A stretch of 16,796 nucleotides of DNA from Myxococcota bacterium (GTDB taxonomy: Bacteria; Myxococcota; JACRCW01), in contig JBFMGU010000229.1 of the NCBI GenBank assembly GCA_040752415.1, forward strand, positions 1-16,796, in the 5' to 3' direction. Made by a program: the position numbers and the translations under genes. Below the pieces are notes generated by a model that was given only the letters and a program-made list of their open reading frames with translations, did not search any database and was not told the origin of the DNA. Every line of letters starts with the position of its first letter. Position 1 is the stretch's first letter. Shown piece after piece: positions 1-8,223 of the stretch.

Positions 1-142
1 GGTCACCGGTGTTGCGGACGAAGAAGATGAAGCGCTCGAGCACGACCGTCATGCTCACCACGCTGAGGGCCACCATGCCCCACATCACCCAGGTGCTTGC
101 GCCACTGAGCGACAACCTGACCATCCATTCCGTGATGTCCAT
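1..142 (-). CDS. MotA/TolQ/ExbB proton-channel family protein, 5' part only (runs off the left edge; absent from the ORF track)
   Basis: Minus-strand ATG at 142 with AAGGAG about 10 nt upstream. It translates as MDITEWMVRLSLSGASTWVMWGMVALSVVSMTVVLERFIFFVRNTGD, matching the 'W-V-M-W..L-S-V-x-S...l-E-R' first transmembrane segment of ExbB/TolQ proteins. Confidence 0.75.
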   Translation of the reverse strand, partial: MDITEWMVRLSLSGASTWVMWGMVALSVVSMTVVLERFIFFVRNTGD

Positions 143-212
143 GCCGACAAGGCTCCTTGTGTCCTGCTGGCTGCGGCCCACCCACTCCTGACCAATCCTC
201 AGCCCGGGCAGA

Positions 213-235
213 ATGGTTAGCCTGGGGCATACTAT
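213..235. promoter_or_regulatory. Putative MarR-family operator overlapping divergent promoter elements
   Basis: Imperfect palindrome ATGGTTAGCC-TGG-GGCATACTAT (7/10 arm match) in an AT-rich patch between the tolQ/exbB-like gene and the MarR gene. It contains TACTAT (-10-like, + strand) and overlaps a minus-strand TTGCAC-N18-TAACCA. Confidence 0.5.
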
Positions 236-385
236 GTGTGCAACGCTGACTGTACGCTTGTGCTTAATGAATCTTCACACCCTGAGGGGTTCCCTTGGGC
301 GTCGTTCTTGCCGAGGGGAACGGCGACTGATACGGCTGCGCGCACCGCAGGGAGTCTTGATGCAGCGTCGCGGTCAGGTGAACGC

Positions 386-934
386 GTGAGTAGAACGCAG
401 CAGCGCAAAGGCGGTTTGACGACGTTGGAGCGCGTGGAACGCCTGTTCCAGCAGATGCGCGCGTTGAGCTCTCTGCAGCCGGACGCGTTCAGTGACCTGG
501 ACCTCACGCTCACGCAGCTCAAGGTGCTGGGGCTCCTCAAGGTGCGTCAGCCCATGACGGTGACGGCGGTGGCGCAGACCCTCAAGGTCACGCTGCCCAC
601 GGCCTCGGCGCGGGTGGACCGCCTGGTGCGTGAAGGGCTGGTGGTGCGCAAGGAGAACCCGGAGGATCGTCGTCAACTGCAGCTGCGCCTCTCGGATCGC
701 GGTGAGAACCTGCTGGGCGGCCTGGAGCGTCGGTCGGACGCGGAGTTCCGTCGGGCGCTGGAGCGGATGACGCCGGCGGGGCTGCGCGCCATGGAGGTTG
801 CGCTCAAGGACCTGTTGATGGCCATTGCGCTGCTCGCCGCGGAAGCCCGCGGTAACGGCACGTCAGCACCCGTGGACGCGCCGGTCCGGACCAAGGCCCG
901 CCCACGCGCCGCGCGCCGCTCCGTCCGAGGGTGA
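386..934 (+). CDS. MarR-family transcriptional regulator
   Basis: Winged-HTH pattern LTLTQLKVL...MTVTAVAQTLKVTLPTASARVDRLVREGLVVRKENPEDRRQLQLRLS. GTG 386, preceded by AGGTGA, is preferred over the ORF-track start at 236. Confidence 0.92.
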   Translation: MSRTQQRKGGLTTLERVERLFQQMRALSSLQPDAFSDLDLTLTQLKVLGLLKVRQPMTVTAVAQTLKVTLPTASARVDRLVREGLVVRKENPEDRRQLQLRLSDRGENLLGGLERRSDAEFRRALERMTPAGLRAMEVALKDLLMAIALLAAEARGNGTSAPVDAPVRTKARPRAARRSVRG

Positions 935-1021
935 ACCGTCCCGCGGCTTGGGCGGACACGTCCAACGCGAAGCCGCCCGACGAGCGAAGCGGCGTGTTGA
1001 GCCCGGTGGCCCCCGGTCGCG

Positions 1022-1447
1022 CTACGCCTGCGCCGTCCCGTTGGATGCTCCGCCGGATGGCGCCATGAAGCGCGCAATGGTGTCCAGCAGCACGTCCACG
1101 TTGGTGGGCTTGGGCACGAACGCCTGGGCGCTGTCTCCCAGCCGTGTCATCGCCGGCGGCGTGGCCGAGACCACCACCACGGGCACCCGACGGAGATCCG
1201 GATCCTCATCCCGGACCTTGAGGAAGCCCCACCCGTCCATCACCGGCATCATGAGATCCAGGATGATGAGACGGGGCAGGCCCTTGCGGGCGCGCAGGTG
1301 CTGGAGCGCGGACGCACCGTTGTCCACGCCCACCACGCGGTACCCCGCATCCTCCAGGGCATCCCGGGTGGCCTCGCGCACGTCGTCATCATCCTCCACC
1401 ACCAGGATGTGGTCCGGCGCAATGGCGCTTGGTTGCGCAGTGTCCAT
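1022..1447 (-). CDS. Single-domain response regulator (CheY-like receiver)
   Basis: ILVVEDD, phospho-acceptor LIILDLMMPVMDG, VVVVSA and FVPKP are all intact. ATG 1447 chosen as start; no output domain. Confidence 0.92.
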   Translation of the reverse strand: MDTAQPSAIAPDHILVVEDDDDVREATRDALEDAGYRVVGVDNGASALQHLRARKGLPRLIILDLMMPVMDGWGFLKVRDEDPDLRRVPVVVVSATPPAMTRLGDSAQAFVPKPTNVDVLLDTIARFMAPSGGASNGTAQA

Positions 1448-1631
1448 GGCCCAGCTTCCAACGACAACGGCCCGTGGCGGAAAGCGTGAACGAGGGTTCC
1501 CGTCCCGGGCCTCTCTGGATGGGGGTTGTACCGGCGTGCCGGGGCGCGGTCCGCTGCCGCGGTCAGCCGGTCCACCGCCGCCGGTGCCGCCCGAGCGCGG
1601 AGCCGGGCCGCGGAGCATGTTTGGCCACAGA

Positions 1632-1672
1632 GGTCAACATTGACTCAGAAGCCGAATCTGACTAGCCAGTCA
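1632..1672. promoter_or_regulatory. Divergent promoter region with a putative TetR-type operator
   Basis: GTCAA-CA-TTGAC (1633-1644) places TTGAC -35-like boxes on both strands. The palindrome TGACT-AGCC-AGTCA (1659-1672) covers a -10-like TAGCCA 17 nt after TTGACT, just before ATG 1677. Confidence 0.5.
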
Positions 1673-1676
1673 TGAA

Positions 1677-2303
1677 ATGGGCACTCCCCGACAACCCGTG
1701 GCCCGGATGGCGACGCGTGAACGCCCCACCGGCTCCTTCCGTCCCGTGGCGGCCGTGCGCGACGCGGTGGTGGACAGCGCGGTGGAGGTGATGGGCCGGC
1801 GTGGCGTCTACCAGGCGCGCCTGGAGGATGTGGCCCAGGCGGCGGGAGCCGGGCTGGAGGGCGTGCGGGCGCACTTCAAGGACAAGGACGACCTGCTGGC
1901 CACGGTGGTGGACGAGCTGGTGGGTCGCCTGGCGGAGCTGACGCCTGAGCGGGAGCTGGCCGGCCTGGAGCTGGCGCTGCGGGTGCGAAGGGTGGTGCAG
2001 GAGCACCTGGCGCATTTCCAGCAACACCCGGGGCAGCTCCTGGTCCTCCACCAGGCGCGCGGCATCACCCTGCAGGAGCCGGAGCGCTTCCCCGCCGTGG
2101 GCGTGGCCTTGCAGCTCTACCCGGTGTTGCTGGGTCGCCTGCTGCGGCAGCCCGGACAACCGGAGAGTCCCGCCCAGCGTCGGGCGGCGGTGGTGTTGGC
2201 CAGCATCATCCTGGGCGCGGCGGTGGGGCGCGTGGACCGTCGGGATGACACGCTCATCGCGGCGGCGGCCCGCGCCTACAGCGCCATCCTGCAGGAGCCC
2301 TGA
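1677..2303 (+). CDS. TetR/AcrR-family regulator with a divergent HTH
   Basis: N-terminal RDAVVDSAVEVMGRRGVYQARLEDVAQAAG...HFKDKDDLL pattern, 208 aa, helical C-terminal domain. Alternative start ATG 1707. Confidence 0.82.
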   Translation: MGTPRQPVARMATRERPTGSFRPVAAVRDAVVDSAVEVMGRRGVYQARLEDVAQAAGAGLEGVRAHFKDKDDLLATVVDELVGRLAELTPERELAGLELALRVRRVVQEHLAHFQQHPGQLLVLHQARGITLQEPERFPAVGVALQLYPVLLGRLLRQPGQPESPAQRRAAVVLASIILGAAVGRVDRRDDTLIAAAARAYSAILQEP

Positions 2304-2541
2304 GACGCTACACGGGTGCCTTGAAGACGCCACGTTGGGCCGCTTTCCCGACGGGCGGACGCATGCGGGTCGCGTTGCTGCGCCGTTCTCCCGCCGCTAA
2401 GACCTGATGCAGACGGGGCGCCGCGCAGTGGAAATGGAGCTGGTCCTCCGTCGGTGAGACGGACCTTCCACGCCGGTCCGCGCCAACACCTCCTGCCGCA
2501 TCCCGGCGCCCACCACGCGGCGCCCGGGTGAGCCACAAACC

Positions 2542-3615
2542 ATGAACTCCTCGGCAAGCCCCTGCAGATTCGGGCCGGCCCGACGGATTGCCGTCCTGCG
2601 CGCGTTGCAGCTCGGTGATCTGCTCTGTGCGGTGCCCGCGTTGCGTGCCCTGAAGGCCGCGCATCCCAAAGCCAAGATCACCCTGGTGGGACTGCCGTTG
2701 GCGCGCGAGTTCGTGCGTCGCTACCGGCACTACGTGGACGGCTTCCTGGAGCTGCCCGGCTACCCGGGGCTCTCCGACCGGCCACCCGACGTCTCCGGCA
2801 TCCCGGCATTCCTGATGCTGGCGCAGGCCCAGAAGTTTGACGTCGTCATCCAGATGCAGGGCACGGGCAACGCGCTCAACACCGTGGCGCATCTCATGGG
2901 TGGCCGTCGCACCGCGGGCTACTACCAGGAAGGCGATCACGTGCCCGACCGGGAGCTGTTCATGCTCCAGCCGGTGCGCGACCCGGAGGTCCGGCAACAC
3001 CTCAAGCTGCTGGGCTTCCTGGGCGTGCCCTCGCGCGGAGAGCACCTGGAGTTCCCGCTCTCCGACGCGGAGGTCTCGGAAGCCAGTGGGCTCATGAGCG
3101 CGCACGGCCTGCTGCCCGGTCGTTACGCGCTGGTGCATCCTGGCGCGCGCCTCCTGTCCCGCCGCTGGGCGCCGGAGCGTTTTGCCGCCGTGGCCGACCA
3201 GTTGAACGCCGACGGGCTGCGCGTGGTGCTCACCGGCACCGCGGAGGAACGGCCCATCACCGCCGCCGTGCGCGGCGTCATGCGCACCAGCGCAGTGGAC
3301 CTGGCAGGTTGCACCACCGTGGGCGGCGTGGCGGCGTTGGTGCGGCACGCGCGCCTGGTGGTCTCCAATGACACCGCGCTCTCGCACATCGCGGCGGCCA
3401 TGCGGGTGGCCAGCGTCATCGTCGCCAACGGCTCGGATCCCATGCGCTGGGCGCCGTTGGACCGCAACCTCCACAAGGTCCTCTACCATCCCATTGAGTG
3501 CCGCCCCTGCACGCACGCCACCTGTCCCATTGGACATCCGTGCGCCAACGCGGTGCAGCCGGATCACGTGATGCAGCAGGCCCACGGGTTGCTGCGCCAG
3601 GTCCCGCCAGGCTGA
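2542..3615 (+). CDS. Glycosyltransferase family 9 (ADP-heptose:LPS heptosyltransferase-like)
   Basis: RALQLGDLLCAVPALRAL, VHPGA..SRRW.PERF, VDLAG.T, SNDT.LSHIAAA and a C-terminal CxPC...CP...C motif. Confidence 0.92.
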   Translation: MNSSASPCRFGPARRIAVLRALQLGDLLCAVPALRALKAAHPKAKITLVGLPLAREFVRRYRHYVDGFLELPGYPGLSDRPPDVSGIPAFLMLAQAQKFDVVIQMQGTGNALNTVAHLMGGRRTAGYYQEGDHVPDRELFMLQPVRDPEVRQHLKLLGFLGVPSRGEHLEFPLSDAEVSEASGLMSAHGLLPGRYALVHPGARLLSRRWAPERFAAVADQLNADGLRVVLTGTAEERPITAAVRGVMRTSAVDLAGCTTVGGVAALVRHARLVVSNDTALSHIAAAMRVASVIVANGSDPMRWAPLDRNLHKVLYHPIECRPCTHATCPIGHPCANAVQPDHVMQQAHGLLRQVPPG

Positions 3616-3763
3616 CGGCGATCATGACGCACGCACGCCACGGATCCGCAGCGCGCCGACGCGGTTGGGACGTGGGGAGTGTGCGCGCCGTCGCTATCAC
3701 AGCAACAGGCGTCGCCGCGGGCTTGTTCCCGCCCATCCGACGCCGTCAGGCAGGAGCTCTCGC

Positions 3764-4369
3764 ATGTCACGCAAGGCCGTCTTCCTGGACCTGGATGGCA
3801 CGTTGGTGGTGGACGTGCCCTACAACGTGGACCCCGAGCGCGTGCGGCTCATGCCCGACTGCGTCGACGGGCTCCGCCGGCTGCACCAGGCGGGATACGC
3901 GCTGTTCGTGACCGCCAACCAGCCCGGCGTGGCGCTGGGGATGTTCCCGGAAAACGCGCTGCTCCTCGTGGAGCACGCCATCCACCAGCACCTCACCGCC
4001 GTGGGCGTGCAGCTCGCGGGATTCCGTTACTGCCCGCACCATCCGCACGGCCGTGAAGCGCGCTTCTCGCTGGTGTGCCGCTGTCGCAAGCCGGCGCCGG
4101 GGCTGCTGCAGGACCTGGCGCGGGACAAGGACGTGGCGCTGGCGGAATCCTGGGCGGTGGGCGACCTGCTCCACGACGTGGAGGCGGGCCACCGGGCCGG
4201 GGCGCGCGCGGTGCACATCAACAACGGGCATGAGACGGAGTGGGTGATGACGCCGCTGCGACAGCCCGACGCGGTGGCACCCCACATCAACGCCGCGGCC
4301 GACGCCATCCTCGCCGCGGCACGCACCCGGGCCCCAGCCCCCGCCACGCGCCCCGGTGAGCGCGGCTGA
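3764..4369 (+). CDS. HAD-IIIA hydrolase, GmhB-like (heptose-bisphosphate phosphatase family)
   Basis: AGGAG RBS before ATG 3764; AVFLDLDGTL, NQ.G, Zn motif CPH...CRCRKP, and VGD...DVEAG. Confidence 0.9.
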   Translation: MSRKAVFLDLDGTLVVDVPYNVDPERVRLMPDCVDGLRRLHQAGYALFVTANQPGVALGMFPENALLLVEHAIHQHLTAVGVQLAGFRYCPHHPHGREARFSLVCRCRKPAPGLLQDLARDKDVALAESWAVGDLLHDVEAGHRAGARAVHINNGHETEWVMTPLRQPDAVAPHINAAADAILAAARTRAPAPATRPGERG

Positions 4370-4374
4370 CCGCC

Positions 4375-6099
4375 GTGTACACGCTGGGCATCAACGCCGC
4401 CTTCCACGACGCCTCCGCGTGCCTGGTCCATGACGGGAAGGTGGTGGCCGCGGCGCAGGAGGACCGTTTCACCCGTCGGAGCCATGCGCGCGGCCCCGCG
4501 CCCTGTCCCGGCAGGCTCCCGTTCCACGCCGTCGACGCGTGCCTGGCCGCGGCGGACATCACGTTGGCGCAGGTGGACCAGGTTGCGTACGCGTACAACC
4601 CCTACGCGATTCTTCGGGAGCTGCGTCGCCAGGGCTTCGTGACCGTCCCGCTGCGCGGCGCGCTTCCCGTCGACGTTGCCACCGGCAGCCCCTGGGATCC
4701 GTTGTTCCTGTGTGCCGTGGTGCGCGCCTCGGAGTCCCTGGTGCATGAGGCTCCACGCCACCTTCGTGCGCGCCTGCAGGGCCCCCCTCCTCGCCCGGGC
4801 ACCTGGCACTACATCCCGCATCACCTCGCGCACGCCGCCGCCGCGTTCCTCCCCTCGCCATTCCGCTCCGCCGCCGTGATGACGCTGGGCGGATGCGGTG
4901 AGCGCATCACCACGTTCTACGCGTTGGGCAACGCCACGCGGCTGCATCCGCTGGGCTGGGTGGGAGCGCCCCATTCCCTGGTCGCGCTCTACCAGGACGT
5001 CACCGCGCACCTGGGCTTTGCTCCCGCCGCCGACGAGGACTGCGTGCTGGCCTTGGGCGCGCACGGACGGCCCGTGTTCCTGGACTTCTTCCGCCAGCAC
5101 ATCCGGCTGCTTGGCGACGGACGCTACGCCACCGCGCCGTTCCATCCCTCCGCGCGCCTGGGCCCCGCCCGTTCACGCGGAGGTCCGCTGGAACAGCGTC
5201 ACTGCGACATTGCGCGCTCTCTGCAGCTGGCGGTGGAGGACGTGGTGGCGCACCTGGCGCGCTGGCTCCACGACGTCACTGAAGAGAAGCACCTCTGCCT
5301 GGCCGGCGAGCTGGCGCTCAACTCCGCGCTTGTGGCACGGCTGCGCGAGGAGCGGCTGTTCCAGGAGATCTGGGTCCAGCCCGCCGCGGGTGACGCCGGG
5401 ACCGCGCTGGGCGCCGCGCTGTGGATGGACGCGGTGAAACGTTGCGCGGCCACGCGCGCCTTCCAGATGGACCACGCTTTCCTGGGCCCCGCGTTCTCCG
5501 ACGAGGAGCTGGCGGACGCGCTGCGCTGGTCCGGCGCCCCGTTCCGACGGGTGGACGACGTGGCGGAGGCGACCGCGGCGCTGCTGGCGGAGGAGCGCGT
5601 GGTGGCGTTCTTCCAGGGACGCATGGAGCTGGGCCCGCACGGCCTGGGCGCACGCTCCGTGCTGGCTTCCCCACGACGGGCGGAGATGCGCGCGCGGGTG
5701 GACCAGCTCAAGGAGCGGGATGACCTGCGACCGCTGGATGCCGCGGTGCTGGCGGAGGAAGCGCCACGGTGGTTCGCCGGCGCGCGCACCGCACCGTTCC
5801 TGACCGCGCGTCACGACGTGATGCCGGACAAGGCCCGTCTCATCCCGGCGGTGCGTCACGTGGATGGCACGGCCCGTGTGCACACCGTCCATGCACAGCA
5901 GCACGGCGCGTTGCACGGCGTCCTCCAGGCGTTCCTGCAACGCACCCACGTTCCGGTGCTCGTCAACACCACCTTCCGCGTGCGGGGCGAGCCCATGGTG
6001 TGCACCCCGCGCGACGCGCTGCAGGCCTTCTGGACCTCGCCTCTGGACGCGTTGGTGCTGGGGCCCTTCCTCGTGGAGAAACCATGGTTGCACGGATGA
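4375..6099 (+). CDS. CmcH/NodU/TobZ-family O-carbamoyltransferase homolog with degenerate active-site motifs
   Basis: LGINAAFHDASACLV.DG, HHLAHAA, VQPAAGDAGTALGAA, FQGRME.GP, PAV.HVDGTARV and GEPMV. Full-length 574 aa two-domain layout; GTG lies 5 nt after the HAD stop. Confidence 0.92.
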   Translation: MYTLGINAAFHDASACLVHDGKVVAAAQEDRFTRRSHARGPAPCPGRLPFHAVDACLAAADITLAQVDQVAYAYNPYAILRELRRQGFVTVPLRGALPVDVATGSPWDPLFLCAVVRASESLVHEAPRHLRARLQGPPPRPGTWHYIPHHLAHAAAAFLPSPFRSAAVMTLGGCGERITTFYALGNATRLHPLGWVGAPHSLVALYQDVTAHLGFAPAADEDCVLALGAHGRPVFLDFFRQHIRLLGDGRYATAPFHPSARLGPARSRGGPLEQRHCDIARSLQLAVEDVVAHLARWLHDVTEEKHLCLAGELALNSALVARLREERLFQEIWVQPAAGDAGTALGAALWMDAVKRCAATRAFQMDHAFLGPAFSDEELADALRWSGAPFRRVDDVAEATAALLAEERVVAFFQGRMELGPHGLGARSVLASPRRAEMRARVDQLKERDDLRPLDAAVLAEEAPRWFAGARTAPFLTARHDVMPDKARLIPAVRHVDGTARVHTVHAQQHGALHGVLQAFLQRTHVPVLVNTTFRVRGEPMVCTPRDALQAFWTSPLDALVLGPFLVEKPWLHG

Positions 6100-7103
6100 T
6101 GTCGTCGGAGCGCGACCAGTCAACGCAAGCCCCCGCGGTCTCGGTGGTGGTTGCCACGGAGGGACATGGCGCGGAGCTGGAGCGCTGCCTGGCCTCGCTC
6201 TTCGAGCAGGAGCTGGGACCGCGCCGGTACGAGGTCATCGTCGTCGACGTGCGGGCCACTCCGGAGACGCGGCGCCTGGTGGAGCGTTGGCAGGTCCGCG
6301 CCAGCTCGGAGCGGCCACGCCTGGAGGTGGTGTACCTGCCGTTGCTCTCGTCGGACGGGATGGCCGCGGCGTACAACCGGGGCTGGCGCGCCGCGCGCGG
6401 GCCCATCATTGCCTTCACCCGGGAGGAGTGCATTCCCGCCACCACGTGGCTGGAGGAAGGCCTGGACGCGCTCTCCGACGATGTGGCGGTGGCGCAGGGA
6501 CGGGTCCTGGTGCCGCTGCCGCCCGTGCCCACCACGCCGGAGCTCGACGCCGCCGACGACGCACGCCGGGAGCTGACCACCAGCAACTGCTTCTGCACCC
6601 GTGCGGCCCTGGACGACGTGGGCGGCTTCGACGAGCGCATGACCCGGTCCGTCGTCGACGATCACGACCTGCTGCTCACGTTTCGCGAGCACGGCAGGCG
6701 GGTGACGCGCGCACCGGAAGCGGTGGTGCTGCGCCTGGTGGAGGGTGAGACGTGGCGCCACAGCCTGGGACGCCAGCGCAACGTCGAGGACGAGGTATTC
6801 CTGCGCCGGAAACACGCGCGGCTCCACCCGTCCGACGACACCGGGTTGTGGCAGGACGCCGCCGCGGTGACGACGTTGTTGGTGGGCGTGGGCGGGCTGC
6901 TGCTGGGGCGGAGACGCGTGGCCACGGTGGCGGCGGGCGCGTGGCTGGCACTCACGGCGCAACGTTGCGTGGAACGCCTGCGCGGCAGCTCGCGCCATTG
7001 GTCCAACGTGCTCGGCGTGGTGGCAACCTCCGCGATCATCCCGCTGCAGCGCGCGTACTACCGCGTCCGCGGCGCCATCCGCTTCCGCGGGATGCCGGGA
7101 TGA
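6084..7103 (+). CDS. Glycosyltransferase family 2 homolog lacking the DXD motif, with hydrophobic C-terminus
   Basis: VSVVVAT...LERCLASLFEQ..YEVIVVD, AAA.NRGWRAARG.IIAFT, ALDDVGGFDER. GGAG precedes ATG 6084; the alternative ATG 6096 gives an ATGA overlap with the upstream stop. Confidence 0.87.
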   Translation: MVARMMSSERDQSTQAPAVSVVVATEGHGAELERCLASLFEQELGPRRYEVIVVDVRATPETRRLVERWQVRASSERPRLEVVYLPLLSSDGMAAAYNRGWRAARGPIIAFTREECIPATTWLEEGLDALSDDVAVAQGRVLVPLPPVPTTPELDAADDARRELTTSNCFCTRAALDDVGGFDERMTRSVVDDHDLLLTFREHGRRVTRAPEAVVLRLVEGETWRHSLGRQRNVEDEVFLRRKHARLHPSDDTGLWQDAAAVTTLLVGVGGLLLGRRRVATVAAGAWLALTAQRCVERLRGSSRHWSNVLGVVATSAIIPLQRAYYRVRGAIRFRGMPG

Positions 7104-7142
7104 GGTGCTGAAAGCGGACTGGCGGCGGGGTACAACCGCGTC

Positions 7143-8123
7143 ATGGCGCGTGTGCTCGTCGGGACGTCCTCGTGGACGGACAAGTCGCTGGTGGCTTCCG
7201 GGTGGTACCCGCGCTCCGCCCGCACCGCGGAGCAGCGCCTGCGCCACTACGCGTCCATCTTCAAGCTGGTGGAGGTGGATTCCACCTACTACTTCCCGCC
7301 GAGTGAGAAGAACTCCGAGCTCTGGGTGCAGCGCACGTCTCCGGACTTCACCTTCAACGTGAAGGCCTTCTCCCTGCTCACCGGACACCCCGCCAAGGCC
7401 GACGCGCTCTACAAGGACCTCCCGCTTCCCAGGGGCAAGACCCAGCTCTACCCCCACGACGTCGATCCCGAGGTGATGGAAGAGGTCTGGGAGCGTTTCC
7501 TCTCCGCGCTGCTGCCCCTCCACCACGCCGGGAGACTGGGCGCGCTGCTCTTCCAGTTCCCGCCGTGGTTCGTCATCGGTCGGGAGAGCAAGGAGTACGT
7601 CCTGCAGTGCGCCAGTCGCGCCGCACCCATGCGCATCTGCGTGGAGTTCCGCAACCGCACCTGGCTCAGTCCGGAGAACCGTGAGGAGACGCTGCAGTTC
7701 CTCAGCACGCACCGGCTCCCCTACGTCGCCGTGGACATGCCGCAGGGCTTCACCAGCAGCGTTCCCCGGGTGATGGCCGCCACCGCCGACCTCGCGGTGA
7801 TGCGCTTCCACGGCCACAACGACGCGGAGTGGGAGAGCAAGGACGTGCAGAAACGCTTCCGCTACCTCTACTCGCACGAGGAGCTCGTCGAGCTGGTGCC
7901 GTCGCTGGAGAAGCTGGTGGAGCAGTCGGAGACCACGCACCTGCTGTTCAACAACTGCTACCGCGACTACGCCCAGCAGAATGCGTTGGACCTGTTGCAC
8001 CTGTTGCAGGACCGCGGTCTCCCCGTGCCGGAAGCCACGGCGCCACCTCCCGCCGAGGAGGAACCGGCCAGGCCCGTCAACCTGGAGCTGCCCGGCCTCC
8101 ACGGCGAAGGACGAAGCGGTTAG
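7143..8123 (+). CDS. DUF72 (YecE-like) domain protein
   Basis: VGTSSW, YASIFKLVEVDSTYY.PP, FTFNVKA, LGALLFQFPPWF, VEFRNRTW, MRFHG.N and FNN motifs. Confidence 0.93.
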   Translation: MARVLVGTSSWTDKSLVASGWYPRSARTAEQRLRHYASIFKLVEVDSTYYFPPSEKNSELWVQRTSPDFTFNVKAFSLLTGHPAKADALYKDLPLPRGKTQLYPHDVDPEVMEEVWERFLSALLPLHHAGRLGALLFQFPPWFVIGRESKEYVLQCASRAAPMRICVEFRNRTWLSPENREETLQFLSTHRLPYVAVDMPQGFTSSVPRVMAATADLAVMRFHGHNDAEWESKDVQKRFRYLYSHEELVELVPSLEKLVEQSETTHLLFNNCYRDYAQQNALDLLHLLQDRGLPVPEATAPPPAEEEPARPVNLELPGLHGEGRSG

Positions 8124-8213
8124 GCCAACTTCATCACCACACGAAGCGGCACCTACCGGGCAACACGGCTGGGGGGCACAAGCACCGTTCACACCGGACG
8201 GGTCCCACCGGCT

Positions 8214-8223
8214 GGTTATAACC
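8214..8223. promoter_or_regulatory. Palindrome GGTTATAACC, candidate transcription-factor site upstream of the DUF4142 gene
   Basis: Perfect 10-bp AT-centred palindrome in a GC-rich spacer, imperfectly extendable over 8208-8229. Confidence 0.3.

Noticed and set aside
9..191. 60-aa plus-strand ORF and the 3..230 minus-strand ORF
   Set aside because: A different minus frame starting at 142, with RBS and a TolQ/ExbB-like translation, explains the region better.
236..385. N-terminal extensions in the ORF track (also 1448-1618, 3665-3763, 5769-6083, 8250-8351, 11075-11704, 11727-11894, 16454-16738)
   Set aside because: The extensions look non-coding or overlap other genes. The downstream starts coincide with domain starts or signal peptides, and most have SD sequences.
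935..1021. Possible hairpin (GCGGCTT/AAGCCGC) between the convergent MarR and receiver genes
   Set aside because: The stem is short and interrupted with no U-tract, which is too weak for a terminator call in GC-rich DNA.
6120..8192. 690-aa minus-strand ORF, and similar long antisense ORFs at 2308-3585, 4027-5145, 8932-10317, 11316-13409 and 15197-16522
   Set aside because: They shadow well-supported genes on the opposite strand. High GC makes stop codons rare, and none shows a recognisable domain.
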